A stretch of DNA of 64,000 bases from an uncultured delta proteobacterium. GTDB lineage: Bacteria > Myxococcota_A > Polyangia > Polyangiales > Polyangiaceae. Of the stretch, positions 22,209-31,816 are shown in pieces. Position numbers and translations under genes: made by a program. The notes beneath the pieces were generated by a model, which made no database searches, had not been told where the DNA came from, and saw only the letters and a list, made by a program, of their open reading frames with translations. Where the stretch lies: contig CAWDXG010000004.1 in the NCBI GenBank assembly GCA_963806225.1, forward strand, positions 5,184,001 to 5,248,000. The letters are read 5' to 3'. Positions within the stretch are counted from its first letter, which is position 1. Every line of letters starts with the position of its first letter.

Positions 22209-23534
22209 GTGAGCATCCCGCGGTTATGGCTGCGTTTCGTGCACATCGCGCTGGTCTGCGTGGCAGCAGTCCTCGGCTACGCGATGCGCCGCATCCGACT
22301 TGGTGTGTCCTCCCCCGAGGTCGTCGAACGGCTGAGAGGCGAGGTACTCGCTCACCTGCTGCAGCGGCTCGGCGCCACCTTCGTCAAGTTCGGACAGATC
22401 CTTAGCACCCGTCCAGACCTGCTGCCGCCGGGATACGTCGAGGCGCTCGCGCGACTGCAGGATCGTGTTGCGCCTGCTCCGCTCGCCCGCGTCCAGGCGC
22501 TGCTTGAAGAAGAGCTCCCCGCCGAGCTCCGGGCCCGCATCGTTTCCATGGGGCAGCAGCCGATTGCCGCGGCATCGGTGGCGCAGGTCTATCGCGCCGA
22601 GCTCGACAACGGTCAGGTGATTGCGCTGAAACTGCAGCGTCCGGCCGCCGCCCTGCAGGTAGCGCGCGATCTGGCCATCTTGGGTTTCTGGGCGCGGCTG
22701 CTCGACCGCATCCCCGCGGTGCGCATGCTCAGCCTTCCCGGTGCCGTCGAGCGTTTCGGCGAAGCATTGCACAACCAGCTCGACTTCCGGCGTGAGGCCC
22801 GGAATAACCATCGCTTCCGCGACAACTTCGCGGAAGTCGACGGCGTGGACGTTCCGGAGCTGATCGAGGAGCTTTGCACGGGCCGGGTGCTGGCGATGGA
22901 GTTCATCGAGGGCGTCAAGGCGACCGAGCCCGAGAAGGTGGGAGGCGACCGCGCGAGACTGGCGCGCATTGGCGGCGAGACCGTGCTCAAGATGGTCTTT
23001 TCCGACGGCTTCGTGCACGCCGACCTGCACCCCGGCAACATCATCCTCACTCCCGACGATCGCGTGGTGCTCATCGATCTCGGCATGGTGACCGAGATCC
23101 CGAACGACATGCTGCGCCCCTGGGTGGAGACGTTCATGGCGCTTTCGCAGCAGGATGGCGCCAAGGCCGCGCGCATCTTCTACGGCTACGCGCCCAGCGT
23201 TGGCGACACCGACTACGCGGGCTTCGAGCGCGACGTGATCGAGAACCTCGGCGGCCTGTACGGCAAGAAGCTCGGCGAGGTCGAGGTGAGCGAGGCGGTC
23301 AGCGGCATGATGAACGTGCTGCGCAAGCACCATGTGCAGATCGACCCGACCTTCACCGTGGTGAACATCGCGATGCTGGTCGCCGAGGGCCTCGGCAAGC
23401 AGCTCGACCCTACGATCGACCTGATCGCGCTGGCCGCGCCGTATCTGGCCCGGGCCATGCTTGAAGCTCCGCCCGGTCGTGCACCCGTCCGCGAGCCACC
23501 TGCGCCGGCGTCGGGGCATGCCGCTCTCGCCTGA
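22209..23534 (+). CDS. ABC1/UbiB (AarF) family atypical kinase (start uncertain)
   Basis: GATFVKFGQILSTRPD, AAASVAQV, ALKLQRP, LDFRREA, HADLHPGN, IDLGM. Confidence 0.92.
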   Translation: MSIPRLWLRFVHIALVCVAAVLGYAMRRIRLGVSSPEVVERLRGEVLAHLLQRLGATFVKFGQILSTRPDLLPPGYVEALARLQDRVAPAPLARVQALLEEELPAELRARIVSMGQQPIAAASVAQVYRAELDNGQVIALKLQRPAAALQVARDLAILGFWARLLDRIPAVRMLSLPGAVERFGEALHNQLDFRREARNNHRFRDNFAEVDGVDVPELIEELCTGRVLAMEFIEGVKATEPEKVGGDRARLARIGGETVLKMVFSDGFVHADLHPGNIILTPDDRVVLIDLGMVTEIPNDMLRPWVETFMALSQQDGAKAARIFYGYAPSVGDTDYAGFERDVIENLGGLYGKKLGEVEVSEAVSGMMNVLRKHHVQIDPTFTVVNIAMLVAEGLGKQLDPTIDLIALAAPYLARAMLEAPPGRAPVREPPAPASGHAALA

Positions 23535-23569
23535 TCCACCCCGCGGCGAGCATGATATTGTCCGCCGTC

Positions 23570-24364
23570 ATGATCCCCCGTTCGCTCCTCGCTCTGGTCC
23601 TGGCCGCCGCCTTCACCGTGGTTGGCTGTGACAATTCCCCCAAGCACGACGCTACCGCCAAGCCCAAGCCGTCCGCCACCGCGCCCCTGCCGACGCCGGA
23701 GCCGACCGCGGCCAAGCCGAAGCCCAAGCCGAAGCCGAAGAAGCGCACCCTGGCCGACTGCCCGAAGGGCAACAAGGTCGAGTTCGTCGACGACGCCGTC
23801 GAGAAGGAAGTGCGCCGCAAGCTCTCCAAGGACAAGGGCGACATCACGATTGCCGATCTCGGCAAGGTGCGCTCGCTCAACCTGTCGCAAGCGCACCTGG
23901 ATCAGCTCGACCCGTGCGTGTTCACCCACCTGAAGAACCTGCACGAGCTGTTCCTCGGTCCGAGCCAGGTGCTCGACGACCTGTCGCCGATTGCCGGGCT
24001 CAAGCACCTGGAGTCGCTCCGGGCCTCGCTCACCCAGATCAGCGACATCAAGCCGCTCGAGGGGCTCGTCCACATGGATCGACTGGACCTCGGCCATACG
24101 CAGGTCCGCGATCTGAAGCCGCTGGCCAAGCTCGAGGCGATCACCGAGCTCCAGCTCGACAACACGCCCGTCGAGGACCTCACGCCGCTGTCCAAGCTGA
24201 AGAAGCTGCAGCGCCTCAGCCTCAAGAACACGCGCGTCAAGGACTTCAGCCCGCTCAAGGATCTGAAGAGCCTCGAGTTCATCTACGTCGCCGGCACGCC
24301 CGCCACCGACATCAGCCCGCTGCTCCCGCTCAAGAAAGACGGTCTGAAGATCATCGACCGCTGA
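23570..24364 (+). CDS. Leucine-rich repeat lipoprotein (internalin-like repeats)
   Basis: Lipobox VVGC; Pro/Lys linker; repeated LxxLxLxxTxVxDLxPL units. Confidence 0.88.
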   Translation: MIPRSLLALVLAAAFTVVGCDNSPKHDATAKPKPSATAPLPTPEPTAAKPKPKPKPKKRTLADCPKGNKVEFVDDAVEKEVRRKLSKDKGDITIADLGKVRSLNLSQAHLDQLDPCVFTHLKNLHELFLGPSQVLDDLSPIAGLKHLESLRASLTQISDIKPLEGLVHMDRLDLGHTQVRDLKPLAKLEAITELQLDNTPVEDLTPLSKLKKLQRLSLKNTRVKDFSPLKDLKSLEFIYVAGTPATDISPLLPLKKDGLKIIDR

Positions 24365-24367
24365 CGT

Positions 24368-25471
24368 TCAGCGCGGCTGGATGGCCGTGATGCCGACGCT
24401 CATGGCGCTGCGCACGATGACGGCGCGGCCAAAGGCCCAGAAGACGTAGCGCGTTGCGTTCGCGCGGATCTCGCGCTTCATGCCGCGTACGACGACCTCG
24501 TTCGTGTACCGGAGCGCGCGGACGAAGGGCGCGCCCTTGCTGGCGGCGATGCGGCCGTCCTCGGCGGCCACCTGGCCTTTGGGCGAGATGGCCCAGCGCG
24601 GAGGGTGCGCGGTGCTGGAACGAAGCGGCGTGGCGTGACCGAGGTTGTGGGGAAGCGTGTAGACCTGGCCGCGGACCTGGAGGACGGGCTCTCCTTGATC
24701 GAGCACGAGCCCGTATTCCCCGGCGCCGTAATCGATGCCGTCTTTGCTGTGGTGCGTGTAGGCCGCGCGCGTCCTCAGCTTCTTGTCCAGCCTGATCACG
24801 TGCAGCGCTGAGCGGTCGTGCATCGCGATGAAGATGTCGTTCTTGTGGACCCTGACGATCTGTTCCGGGCGATCGTATGCCGGAAAAATCATCTTCCCGT
24901 ACGGAATCACCCGGCGTGCGACGACGCGCTCGTGCGCAAGGTCGAGCGCTGTGATCCGCATGCCCGTCTGGCCTCGCCCCGCGACGACGGCGAGCGCGCC
25001 GTCCGCGGCGAGGTCGGCGTAGTCCACCTTCAGGTCCCAGCTCTTGTCCAGCTTGAAGGAGTCGTCGAGCAGCAGCAGCCGCGGATTGCCTCCGCCCTGG
25101 AGCGCGTCCGCCATCACCACGGCCACGTGACCGGCGCCGTGCGCGACGCGGATCTGGTTGTCGTCCGGCGGCGTGGGCAGCTTCACCGTCCTGAGCGCGC
25201 GGCCAGCGAACAGATCCCATTCCTCGAGCTGGGCGTGATTGTCCTTGTAGCAGCCGACCACGACGGTGCCCCAGCGGTGCGCTTTGCTCGGCGCAGCGAA
25301 GGGCGCGGCGTTGAGGTCCTCGGCGCGGCAGCCCTGCTGCTCGCCGTCGCGGACGAGCAGCGCCTTTGCCATCGGGATTGGCCTGGCTACGCCGATACGC
25401 GGCGAGAGCAGGAGCCCGACGGCGACAAACGTCAGGACGATGAGCGAGAGCAGCTTGACCGGGCGCGCCAT
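24368..25471 (-). CDS. Hypothetical exported protein
   Basis: MARPVKLLSLIVLTFVAVGLLL signal/anchor; starts 2 bp after the upstream stop. Confidence 0.65.
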   Translation of the reverse strand: MARPVKLLSLIVLTFVAVGLLLSPRIGVARPIPMAKALLVRDGEQQGCRAEDLNAAPFAAPSKAHRWGTVVVGCYKDNHAQLEEWDLFAGRALRTVKLPTPPDDNQIRVAHGAGHVAVVMADALQGGGNPRLLLLDDSFKLDKSWDLKVDYADLAADGALAVVAGRGQTGMRITALDLAHERVVARRVIPYGKMIFPAYDRPEQIVRVHKNDIFIAMHDRSALHVIRLDKKLRTRAAYTHHSKDGIDYGAGEYGLVLDQGEPVLQVRGQVYTLPHNLGHATPLRSSTAHPPRWAISPKGQVAAEDGRIAASKGAPFVRALRYTNEVVVRGMKREIRANATRYVFWAFGRAVIVRSAMSVGITAIQPR

Positions 25472-25473
25472 GG

Positions 25474-26517
25474 TCAGTTCTCCGCCCGGGGCCGGTAGAT
25501 GCCCTGGAGGTCGTGGTCGTACGGACCCGGCTTGTCCGACGCGAAGGCGTGCCACTGGCCGCTGTCTCCCTCGATGAGGGTGGCCCACTTGCCGCTGCTC
25601 TCGTCGTAGGCCCACGTCTCGCGCTTGACCCCGCCCTGCTCGGGCACGCCGCCGGCGCCCCACGACGAGTCCACGCGGAACAGATCGATGCGCGCCTTCG
25701 CGCTGCTGCCGAGCCCGCGTTCGACGGCGCGGTGCAGCGCGCTGCCGGGCGCGAGCCGGTCGCGATCGTAGACGATGAGCTTGTGGCCGGTGCCGTCGGG
25801 GCCGTTGGTCAGAACCATGATGTCGCCGGCGCGCGCGTCGGCGGGCGAGACGCGCTGGAACGCGCCGGTGGGCATGTGCTGGACGTTCGAAGCGAGCGGG
25901 TTGCCAAGCGCGTACTTCGACGCCGCCGCCGAACCGTCCGGCCCGCTGCCACGCGAGTAGAGGAACGCGCGGTGCACGTAGCCCGAGCAGTCCATGCCGA
26001 CGCCGAAGTGCCACATCAGCTCGCGCACGGCCTGCTTCGGCGCCATCGACTTGTAGGCGTCGAAAGCGGGCGAGTCGATGAGCGCCTGCGTCAGCCGCTG
26101 CACCTCGCCTGGCGTGCCCTTGCCGGACACGACGGTGCCGACGATGGGGGCGAGCTCGCGGAAGCGCGACGGAGGCAGCGCCTGCGCGATGCGCCGGGTG
26201 TACGCCTGCGGCGCGAGCTGGTTCATGCCGCCGACCATGCGGAAGGCAGCGGGAACCCACACCTGCTTTCCGCCGACCTCGTACGGCCCGCCCATCTTCT
26301 GCATGAACTCGTTCAGCCGGTGGGCGATGCGGCGCTCGGCGGCGCTGGGCCCGACGATGCGGCCCGCGCTCGAGGCGCGTGCGGCCAGCGAGCGCGACGC
26401 TTCGGTCGTATGGACGGCGACCAGCCGGACGCCCGAGCGGCGCGCGTCGGCCTGCGGCGGATCGGGCTCTTGCGCAGGCGGGTGGACAGTGGGGCGGCGG
26501 AGCGCTTCGACGGTCAT
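25474..26517 (-). CDS. NlpC/P60-like (papain-fold) hydrolase domain protein
   Basis: GMDCSGYV (Cys), AGDIMVL and GHKLIV (His) in the usual NlpC/P60 order; no signal peptide. Confidence 0.6.
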   Translation of the reverse strand: MTVEALRRPTVHPPAQEPDPPQADARRSGVRLVAVHTTEASRSLAARASSAGRIVGPSAAERRIAHRLNEFMQKMGGPYEVGGKQVWVPAAFRMVGGMNQLAPQAYTRRIAQALPPSRFRELAPIVGTVVSGKGTPGEVQRLTQALIDSPAFDAYKSMAPKQAVRELMWHFGVGMDCSGYVHRAFLYSRGSGPDGSAAASKYALGNPLASNVQHMPTGAFQRVSPADARAGDIMVLTNGPDGTGHKLIVYDRDRLAPGSALHRAVERGLGSSAKARIDLFRVDSSWGAGGVPEQGGVKRETWAYDESSGKWATLIEGDSGQWHAFASDKPGPYDHDLQGIYRPRAEN

Positions 26518-26557
26518 GCGTCGCTATTCGGCCGCCCGCGCGCCGGGTTGCGCACAA

Positions 26558-27041
26558 ATGGGGCGCGGCGGTTCGCAGCCTGCACGCCGCGCGCATCTAG
26601 CTGCCAGCCTGGTCCTGGCGCTGGGTTGCTTCGCCGGCTGTTCTGGCTCCACCGCGAACAGCCCTCCTCCGGAGGCCGGGACCGGGGGGCAGCGGGGCTG
26701 CCGGGGGTTCCGGCGGTGGTACCGGCACCTCCGCGTGCGTGCACACCACGACCGACGACATCTTCCGTCACGACAGCGATACGTTGCCGACGGGCGCGTG
26801 CGCGGACGGTACGCCCGAGTGCGATCTCATCGTGCGTGATGCGTGCCCGTGCAACAGCCAGGTGCCGAGGAAGTCCTACACTTGCACCTGCGACGCTGGG
26901 ACGTGGCAGTGCAAGCTCACCTCGCAGGACGGTGGCATGTGCACGCCACCGTCCGACTGCGGCTGCAGGCCCAGCGAGGGGGGCATCGATGCCTGGAGCT
27001 GCGACGGTGGCGCGGCGGCGGCCGATGCGGGGGGCGGCTAG
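26558..27041 (+). CDS. Cys-rich lipoprotein (frameshift near 26690)
   Basis: LALGCFAGC lipobox and Gly linker, then the Cys-rich domain of ORF 26739..27041. Confidence 0.55.
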
Positions 27042-27078
27042 CGCGGCTCGGTTCCACGCCACGTGGTAGACTTCGTGC

Positions 27079-27468
27079 GTGGCGGATCCGCGACCGGTCA
27101 TCGAGGCATACCTGTCGGGCGAGGCCGGGTGTCTGGCGGCCTGGTTGTTCGGCAGCGAGGCGAGGGGAGCCGCCCGGGCGGACAGCGACGTGGACGTGGC
27201 GGTGCTGGTCGCCGGGGCGCCGCGCGGCAAGCTGGAGGATCTGCATCTGGACTGGGCAACCGTGCTCGAGGCGCGGCTCGGCCGCCCGGTGGACCTGGTG
27301 GTGATGAACGGTGCGCCGGTCGATCTCGTGCACCGCGTGCTCTCGGAAGGCGAGCTGGTGCTCGAGCGCGACCGCTCGGCGCGCGTCGCGTTCGAGGTGC
27401 GCGCGCGGCGCGAGTATTTCGATCTCGAGCCCCATCTGCGCCGCTACCGCCACCCCGCTGCGCCATGA
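27079..27468 (+). CDS. mntA: Type VII TA antitoxin, minimal nucleotidyltransferase
   Basis: FGSEARGAARADSDVD (GSx10DxD). Confidence 0.9.
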   Translation: MADPRPVIEAYLSGEAGCLAAWLFGSEARGAARADSDVDVAVLVAGAPRGKLEDLHLDWATVLEARLGRPVDLVVMNGAPVDLVHRVLSEGELVLERDRSARVAFEVRARREYFDLEPHLRRYRHPAAP

Positions 27469-27878
27469 CCGACGAGGAGCTGATCGCGAAGAAGCTCGCG
27501 TCCATCGAGACGTACGTGAGCGAGCTCCGGCGCCTGGCGCGACCGGAGCTGGTCGAGAGCGACGTGCGGGAGGAGCGTTTCGTCGAGCATTCGCTGCAGC
27601 TCGCCGTCCAGGCCGCACTGGACGTCGCGTCGCACATCGTGTCGGACGAAAGGCTGGGCGAACCTGGCTCCAACGCCGAGCTGTTCACGCTGCTGGCACG
27701 CGCCGGATGGATCGATGACGACCTTGCCGCGGCGCTCCGCCGTGCCGCCGCGTTCCGCAACGTTCTCGTCCACGGCTACGCCGCCGTCGATCCGCGGATC
27801 GTGCGCGACGTGCTGGTGAACCGACTCGGGGATCTGGAAGACTTCGTGGCGCGGGTGCGGGCGCGCATCGCGGGGTAG
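27465..27878 (+). CDS. hepT: Type VII TA toxin, HEPN RNase (DUF86)
   Basis: FRNVLVHGY (Rx4HxY); ATGA overlap with mntA. Confidence 0.9.
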   Translation: MTDEELIAKKLASIETYVSELRRLARPELVESDVREERFVEHSLQLAVQAALDVASHIVSDERLGEPGSNAELFTLLARAGWIDDDLAAALRRAAAFRNVLVHGYAAVDPRIVRDVLVNRLGDLEDFVARVRARIAG

Positions 27879-28024
27879 GGACCTCTCGCGCAGGCGCTGG
27901 CCGGCGGGACGTGGCGCGGCGTGGAGTGCCGGCCGGGCGAGCATGCGCTTGAGGGACCCGCCGCGCGCAGCGTAAGCGAGCAGTGCGGCGCGCCGCGACG
28001 CCTCGCGACGGGGGAGCATCCCCG

Positions 28025-28930
28025 CTAGCGGACCACGAAGTACTTCACGCCGCGGTCGATATCGAAGTGGAAGTGGCTGTGGTGCGCCTTGTTGAAGTTC
28101 GGCGTCAGCATGTGCTGGAAGATGCCGGCGCGGGCCACGTCGCAGACGATGTTGCGCAGACGGATGGCGCCGGGCGTGGCTTCCACCGGGGCGGCGTCGG
28201 GGCCGCACACGGGGCGGCCGATGCCGCCGTGCCAGTCGTCTCCGACGCGCAGCGTGGTGCCGTCGCGGAACGTGAGGCCCATCAGGTCGATGGCGAGGCC
28301 GTAGGCGTGCTGGCTGTGCTTGTGCTTTCCCGGCAGGTGCGCGTGCGGACGGTAGAAGTTGTCGACGTAGACTGCGATGACGCCATGCTTCCACAGCACG
28401 CTGGCGAACGCGTCGAGCGCCAGGGCGAGCCGGCAGTCGAGCAGGCCGTAGGGGCTGGGTCGGCGCGGCGTGATGAACTTCACGTGGTGCAGGCGCCCCG
28501 CGATGCGTCGAGGGTTGGCGACGCCGGGCGACCCGATGCGCACGCCGCGGAGCGGCAGCCGCGCTTTTCGGAGCTGGGCGCGGCACTGCCCGGGCGACAG
28601 GTTGGCGTCGCGCATCGCTGGGCTCTTCTTCGGTAGCCACTTGTCCGGCAGCGGCGCCTGGAAGGGGTAGGGGGCGTGGGCCTCGTGCGCGTGCGACGCC
28701 GGCGGATCGGCGTCCGCGGCGGTTGCCGCTTCCAGGGCAGCGCCCGCGTCCAGGTCCCCGGTGTCGCCGCTCGGCCCCGCGTCGGGCTGTGCGCTCTGCG
28801 ACACCAGGATCGTCGCAGGCCTCGCGCGCGCTGGCGCGCCCGGAGCGAGCGACCGCGTCGGCGCCGGAGTGGTCCCGGCGCAGGCAGCGAGCAGAGTGCC
28901 GCCCAGCACAAGCCACCGACCGAAGCGCAT
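28025..28930 (-). CDS. Extensin-like C-terminal domain lipoprotein (M15-like Zn peptidase fold)
   Basis: Lipobox LAAC; SQHAYGLAID; LTPNFNKAHHSHFHFD. Confidence 0.8.
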   Translation of the reverse strand: MRFGRWLVLGGTLLAACAGTTPAPTRSLAPGAPARARPATILVSQSAQPDAGPSGDTGDLDAGAALEAATAADADPPASHAHEAHAPYPFQAPLPDKWLPKKSPAMRDANLSPGQCRAQLRKARLPLRGVRIGSPGVANPRRIAGRLHHVKFITPRRPSPYGLLDCRLALALDAFASVLWKHGVIAVYVDNFYRPHAHLPGKHKHSQHAYGLAIDLMGLTFRDGTTLRVGDDWHGGIGRPVCGPDAAPVEATPGAIRLRNIVCDVARAGIFQHMLTPNFNKAHHSHFHFDIDRGVKYFVVR

Positions 28931-28976
28931 CCGCCCACCGTAGCGAACACGCGGGCGACGCGCACGTCGCGCCGGA

Positions 28977-29201
28977 TCAGGTGCGCGTCATCAAGAAGCC
29001 GACCAGCGCGCCGTAGAGCGACGCGGTCCACCAGCGGGCGGTGATGGGGCAGGCGCCGGTGCTGCAGCCGACCACATAGTGGTAGGCCAGGCCGAGCGCC
29101 GCACCGATCACGAGGCCGAGCACGAGCTTCTTGTGGTTGGTACGGCCGGAATCCGGCGGCGTGTCCACGGGCCCGGCCTGGGGCTGTGCGGGGTGGGCCA
29201 C
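28977..29201 (-). CDS. Small membrane protein, DUF6132-like
   Basis: YHYVVGCSTGACPIT...LYGALVG. Confidence 0.75.
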   Translation of the reverse strand: MAHPAQPQAGPVDTPPDSGRTNHKKLVLGLVIGAALGLAYHYVVGCSTGACPITARWWTASLYGALVGFLMTRT

Positions 29202-29202
29202 G

Positions 29203-29427
29203 TCAATTCAGGCCGCAGGTGCCGCCGCCGCAGAAGCCGGTGCCGCAGCCGCCGCCGCTCCCCGGATCAAACGACGCGGACGAGCTGCTGCCGCCGATGG
29301 CGAACGCGGAGAGCTGCTTGTCGACGTCGGCACTGGCGCAGTCCGGGCAGCGGGCCTCGGACAGGTCCTTCACCAGATCCTCGAACTCTGTCCCACACTT
29401 GTTGCAGAGAAAGTCGTAGAGCTTCAT
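29203..29427 (-). CDS. FmdB-family zinc-ribbon protein with Cys-rich tail
   Basis: MKLYDFLCNKCG...CPDC...LSAF; tail GCGTGFCGGGTC. Confidence 0.88.
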   Translation of the reverse strand: MKLYDFLCNKCGTEFEDLVKDLSEARCPDCASADVDKQLSAFAIGGSSSSASFDPGSGGGCGTGFCGGGTCGLN

Positions 29428-29439
29428 GGTCCTCGGGCG

Positions 29440-29470
29440 GTTGGAGCCGGCTGGCGCCGGAAGGGTTCGC
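29440..29470 (-). promoter_or_regulatory. Putative ECF sigma promoter (copy 1)
   Basis: Minus strand GCGAACC-CTTCCGGCGCCAGCCGG-CTCCAAC; same 31-bp layout as 60743-60773 and 61285-61255. Confidence 0.6.
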
Positions 29471-29474
29471 CGGA

Positions 29475-31382
29475 TCAGCTTGCCTGGTCGGCCTCTTTCT
29501 TCATTTCCAGCTCTTCCCAGCGCGCCATCAGCCGATCCACCTCGGCGCGTGTCGCGTCCAGGTCAGCGGTCGTCTGCTGGATGTCGGTGCCGCTGCCGGC
29601 GTAGCTGGCGGGGTCGCCGAGCACGGCCGTGAGCTCGCTGACCCGCGCCTCTGCCGCGGCGATGGCGTCGGGCAGCGTCTCCAGCTCGCGGGCTTCCGCG
29701 AAGCCGAGCGCCTTCTTCCTGCGCGGCGTCCGGAGCGGCGCCGCCGGCGCTTCGGCGGGCGGAGGTCCGGCGGCCTTTTCCGCCTGGGCGCGCAGGCGGC
29801 GGTACGTGTCGTAGTTGCCGGGATAGCGCGTCACCCGGCCGTCGCCCTCGAAGGCGAGGATCGCCGTTGCGACGCGGTCGAGGAACCAGCGGTCGTGCGT
29901 CACGACAATCGCGGTGATGGCGTAGTCGACCAGCATGCTCTCGAGCGCGCCGAGCGTTGCCACGTCGAGATCGTTCGTGGGCTCGTCGAGGATGACGAGG
30001 TTCGCCGATTGCCTGAGCAGCCGCGCGAGCGCCACGCGCGCCCGTTCCCCGCCGGAGAGCGAGCCGACGGGTTGCCGCTGTTTGTGCCCGCTGAAGCCGA
30101 AGCGCTCGAGGTACGTCCTGGGCTCGATCACCTGGCCGCCCAGCTCGATGCGCGACTGATCGCCGGTCACGTTGTCGAACACGGACATTTCATCTTCTAG
30201 CCCACTCCGACTCTGATCGAAATATGCGATGCGCGCGTTCCTGCCCACAACGACGCTGCCGGCGTCGGGTGCGCGCTCGCCCACGATCGCGCGGAGCAGC
30301 GTGGTCTTGCCGGTCCCGTTCCGGCCGACCACGCCGATGCGTTCGCCCTGCGTCACGAACAGGTCCAGATCGTGGACCAGCGTGCGGCCTTCGATCGAGA
30401 GGCCGAGCCCGCAGAGCTCGAGCACGGTCTTGCCGCTGCGGGCCACGTCCACTTCGAGCTTCACGGCCCGTTCCGTCTTCGGGGCCTTTACGGCCTTTGC
30501 CGCCTCCGCGCGTTCGATACGCGCCTTCTGCTTGGTGGTCCGCGCCTTGGGCTGGCGGCGCAGCCACTCGAGCTCGCCGCGCAGGAAGTTCTGCCGGTTC
30601 TGCTCCACGCGCTCGGCGTGCGCCAGTCGCTCGGCCTTCTGCTCCAGATACAGCTCGTAGCCGCCGTCGTAGGAGAACACGGCTCCGTCGGCCACCTCCA
30701 GCGTGCGGGTCGCAACGCGATCGAGCAGGTAGCGGTCGTGCGTGATGAGCAGCACGCCGCCCGTGTGCTCGTCGAGCAGGTACGACTCGAGCCATTCGAT
30801 GGTCCCGGCGTCCAGGTGGTTCGTGGGCTCGTCGAGGATGGCCAGGTCGGGGCGCGCGATCAGGATCCGCGCCAGCGCGACGCGACGCTGTTCACCGCCG
30901 CTCAGCGTCGAGATGTGCGCGTCGGTGCGCTCGACGCCGAGGTTTCCCAGCATGGACGCGACGCGGTGGCTCTGCTCCCAACCGCCGGCGCGCTCGACAG
31001 CCTCGGCGGCCTCGGTCTGTTCGGCGAGCAGCGCGTCGAGATCACCGGAGCCTTCGCCGAGGGCCCGGGCCGCCGCTTCGTGGCGTTCCACCGCCGTCTT
31101 CCACGCCGACAGTCCCGTGGATACCGCTTCCTCCGCAGTGGGATCGCCGTCGAAGCGCGGGACCTGGTCGAGGTACAGCACGGTCGCGCCGCGTCGCCGC
31201 GATAGCTCGCCGGCGTCGGGCGCCTCGATGCCCGCGACAATGCGCGCCAGCGTGCTCTTGCCCGCGCCGTTGCGGCCGACGACGCCCACCCGTTCGCCGC
31301 TCCTGAGCGTGACGTCGGCGTCGCCGAGCACCACGTGGGCGCCGTACGCTTTGTGCAGGTGCTTGGCCGCAACGATGGGCAC
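29475..31382 (-). CDS. uup: ABC-F family ATPase (Uup-like)
   Basis: Two ABC domains (GRNGAGKST, GRNGTGKTT), PKARTTKQKAR linker, C-terminal RWEELE coil. Confidence 0.88.
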   Translation of the reverse strand: MPIVAAKHLHKAYGAHVVLGDADVTLRSGERVGVVGRNGAGKSTLARIVAGIEAPDAGELSRRRGATVLYLDQVPRFDGDPTAEEAVSTGLSAWKTAVERHEAAARALGEGSGDLDALLAEQTEAAEAVERAGGWEQSHRVASMLGNLGVERTDAHISTLSGGEQRRVALARILIARPDLAILDEPTNHLDAGTIEWLESYLLDEHTGGVLLITHDRYLLDRVATRTLEVADGAVFSYDGGYELYLEQKAERLAHAERVEQNRQNFLRGELEWLRRQPKARTTKQKARIERAEAAKAVKAPKTERAVKLEVDVARSGKTVLELCGLGLSIEGRTLVHDLDLFVTQGERIGVVGRNGTGKTTLLRAIVGERAPDAGSVVVGRNARIAYFDQSRSGLEDEMSVFDNVTGDQSRIELGGQVIEPRTYLERFGFSGHKQRQPVGSLSGGERARVALARLLRQSANLVILDEPTNDLDVATLGALESMLVDYAITAIVVTHDRWFLDRVATAILAFEGDGRVTRYPGNYDTYRRLRAQAEKAAGPPPAEAPAAPLRTPRRKKALGFAEARELETLPDAIAAAEARVSELTAVLGDPASYAGSGTDIQQTTADLDATRAEVDRLMARWEELEMKKEADQAS

Positions 31383-31439
31383 GGCGCGGACCCTAGCACC
31401 CCGGCGCGGCCCGCGTTTTCCGCCCGCGCGGACGCAGCC

Positions 31440-31803
31440 TCAGGGCCGCTTGTGGACCTTGGCGGGGATCCACTCAATCCAGCTCTCGATGTCGGAGGGC
31501 TGGAGAGCCGTGGCCAGGAGCGCGATGTTCCGTATCGCGGTGCCGACCGGCGTCCTGGGCAGGATGAAGATGAGTCCCGGGAAACGCTGCCGTGCGCTCC
31601 GCGCCGCGTCGGCCAGCTCCAGGGAAATCGGTGTCGGAGCTGACGATGACCCGCTTCAATTCCGAGACGTGCTCGAGCTGCAACGGCCGCGGAGCTCCAA
31701 TCAGCTCGTCGTGCAGCGCGGTCGTCACATCGATGCCGCGCCGGCCGAGGCCGCTTGCGATCCGGAAGTCGACGCCCTCATCGGCGTACAGACGAAGCGT
31801 CAT
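31440..31803 (-). CDS. DUF5615 PIN-like toxin (frameshift near 31620)
   Basis: LYADEGVD...VIVSSDTDF, continuing in another frame as LELAD...FPGLIFI to TGA 31440. Confidence 0.75.
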
Positions 31804-31816
31804 GGGCAGGTTCCGC

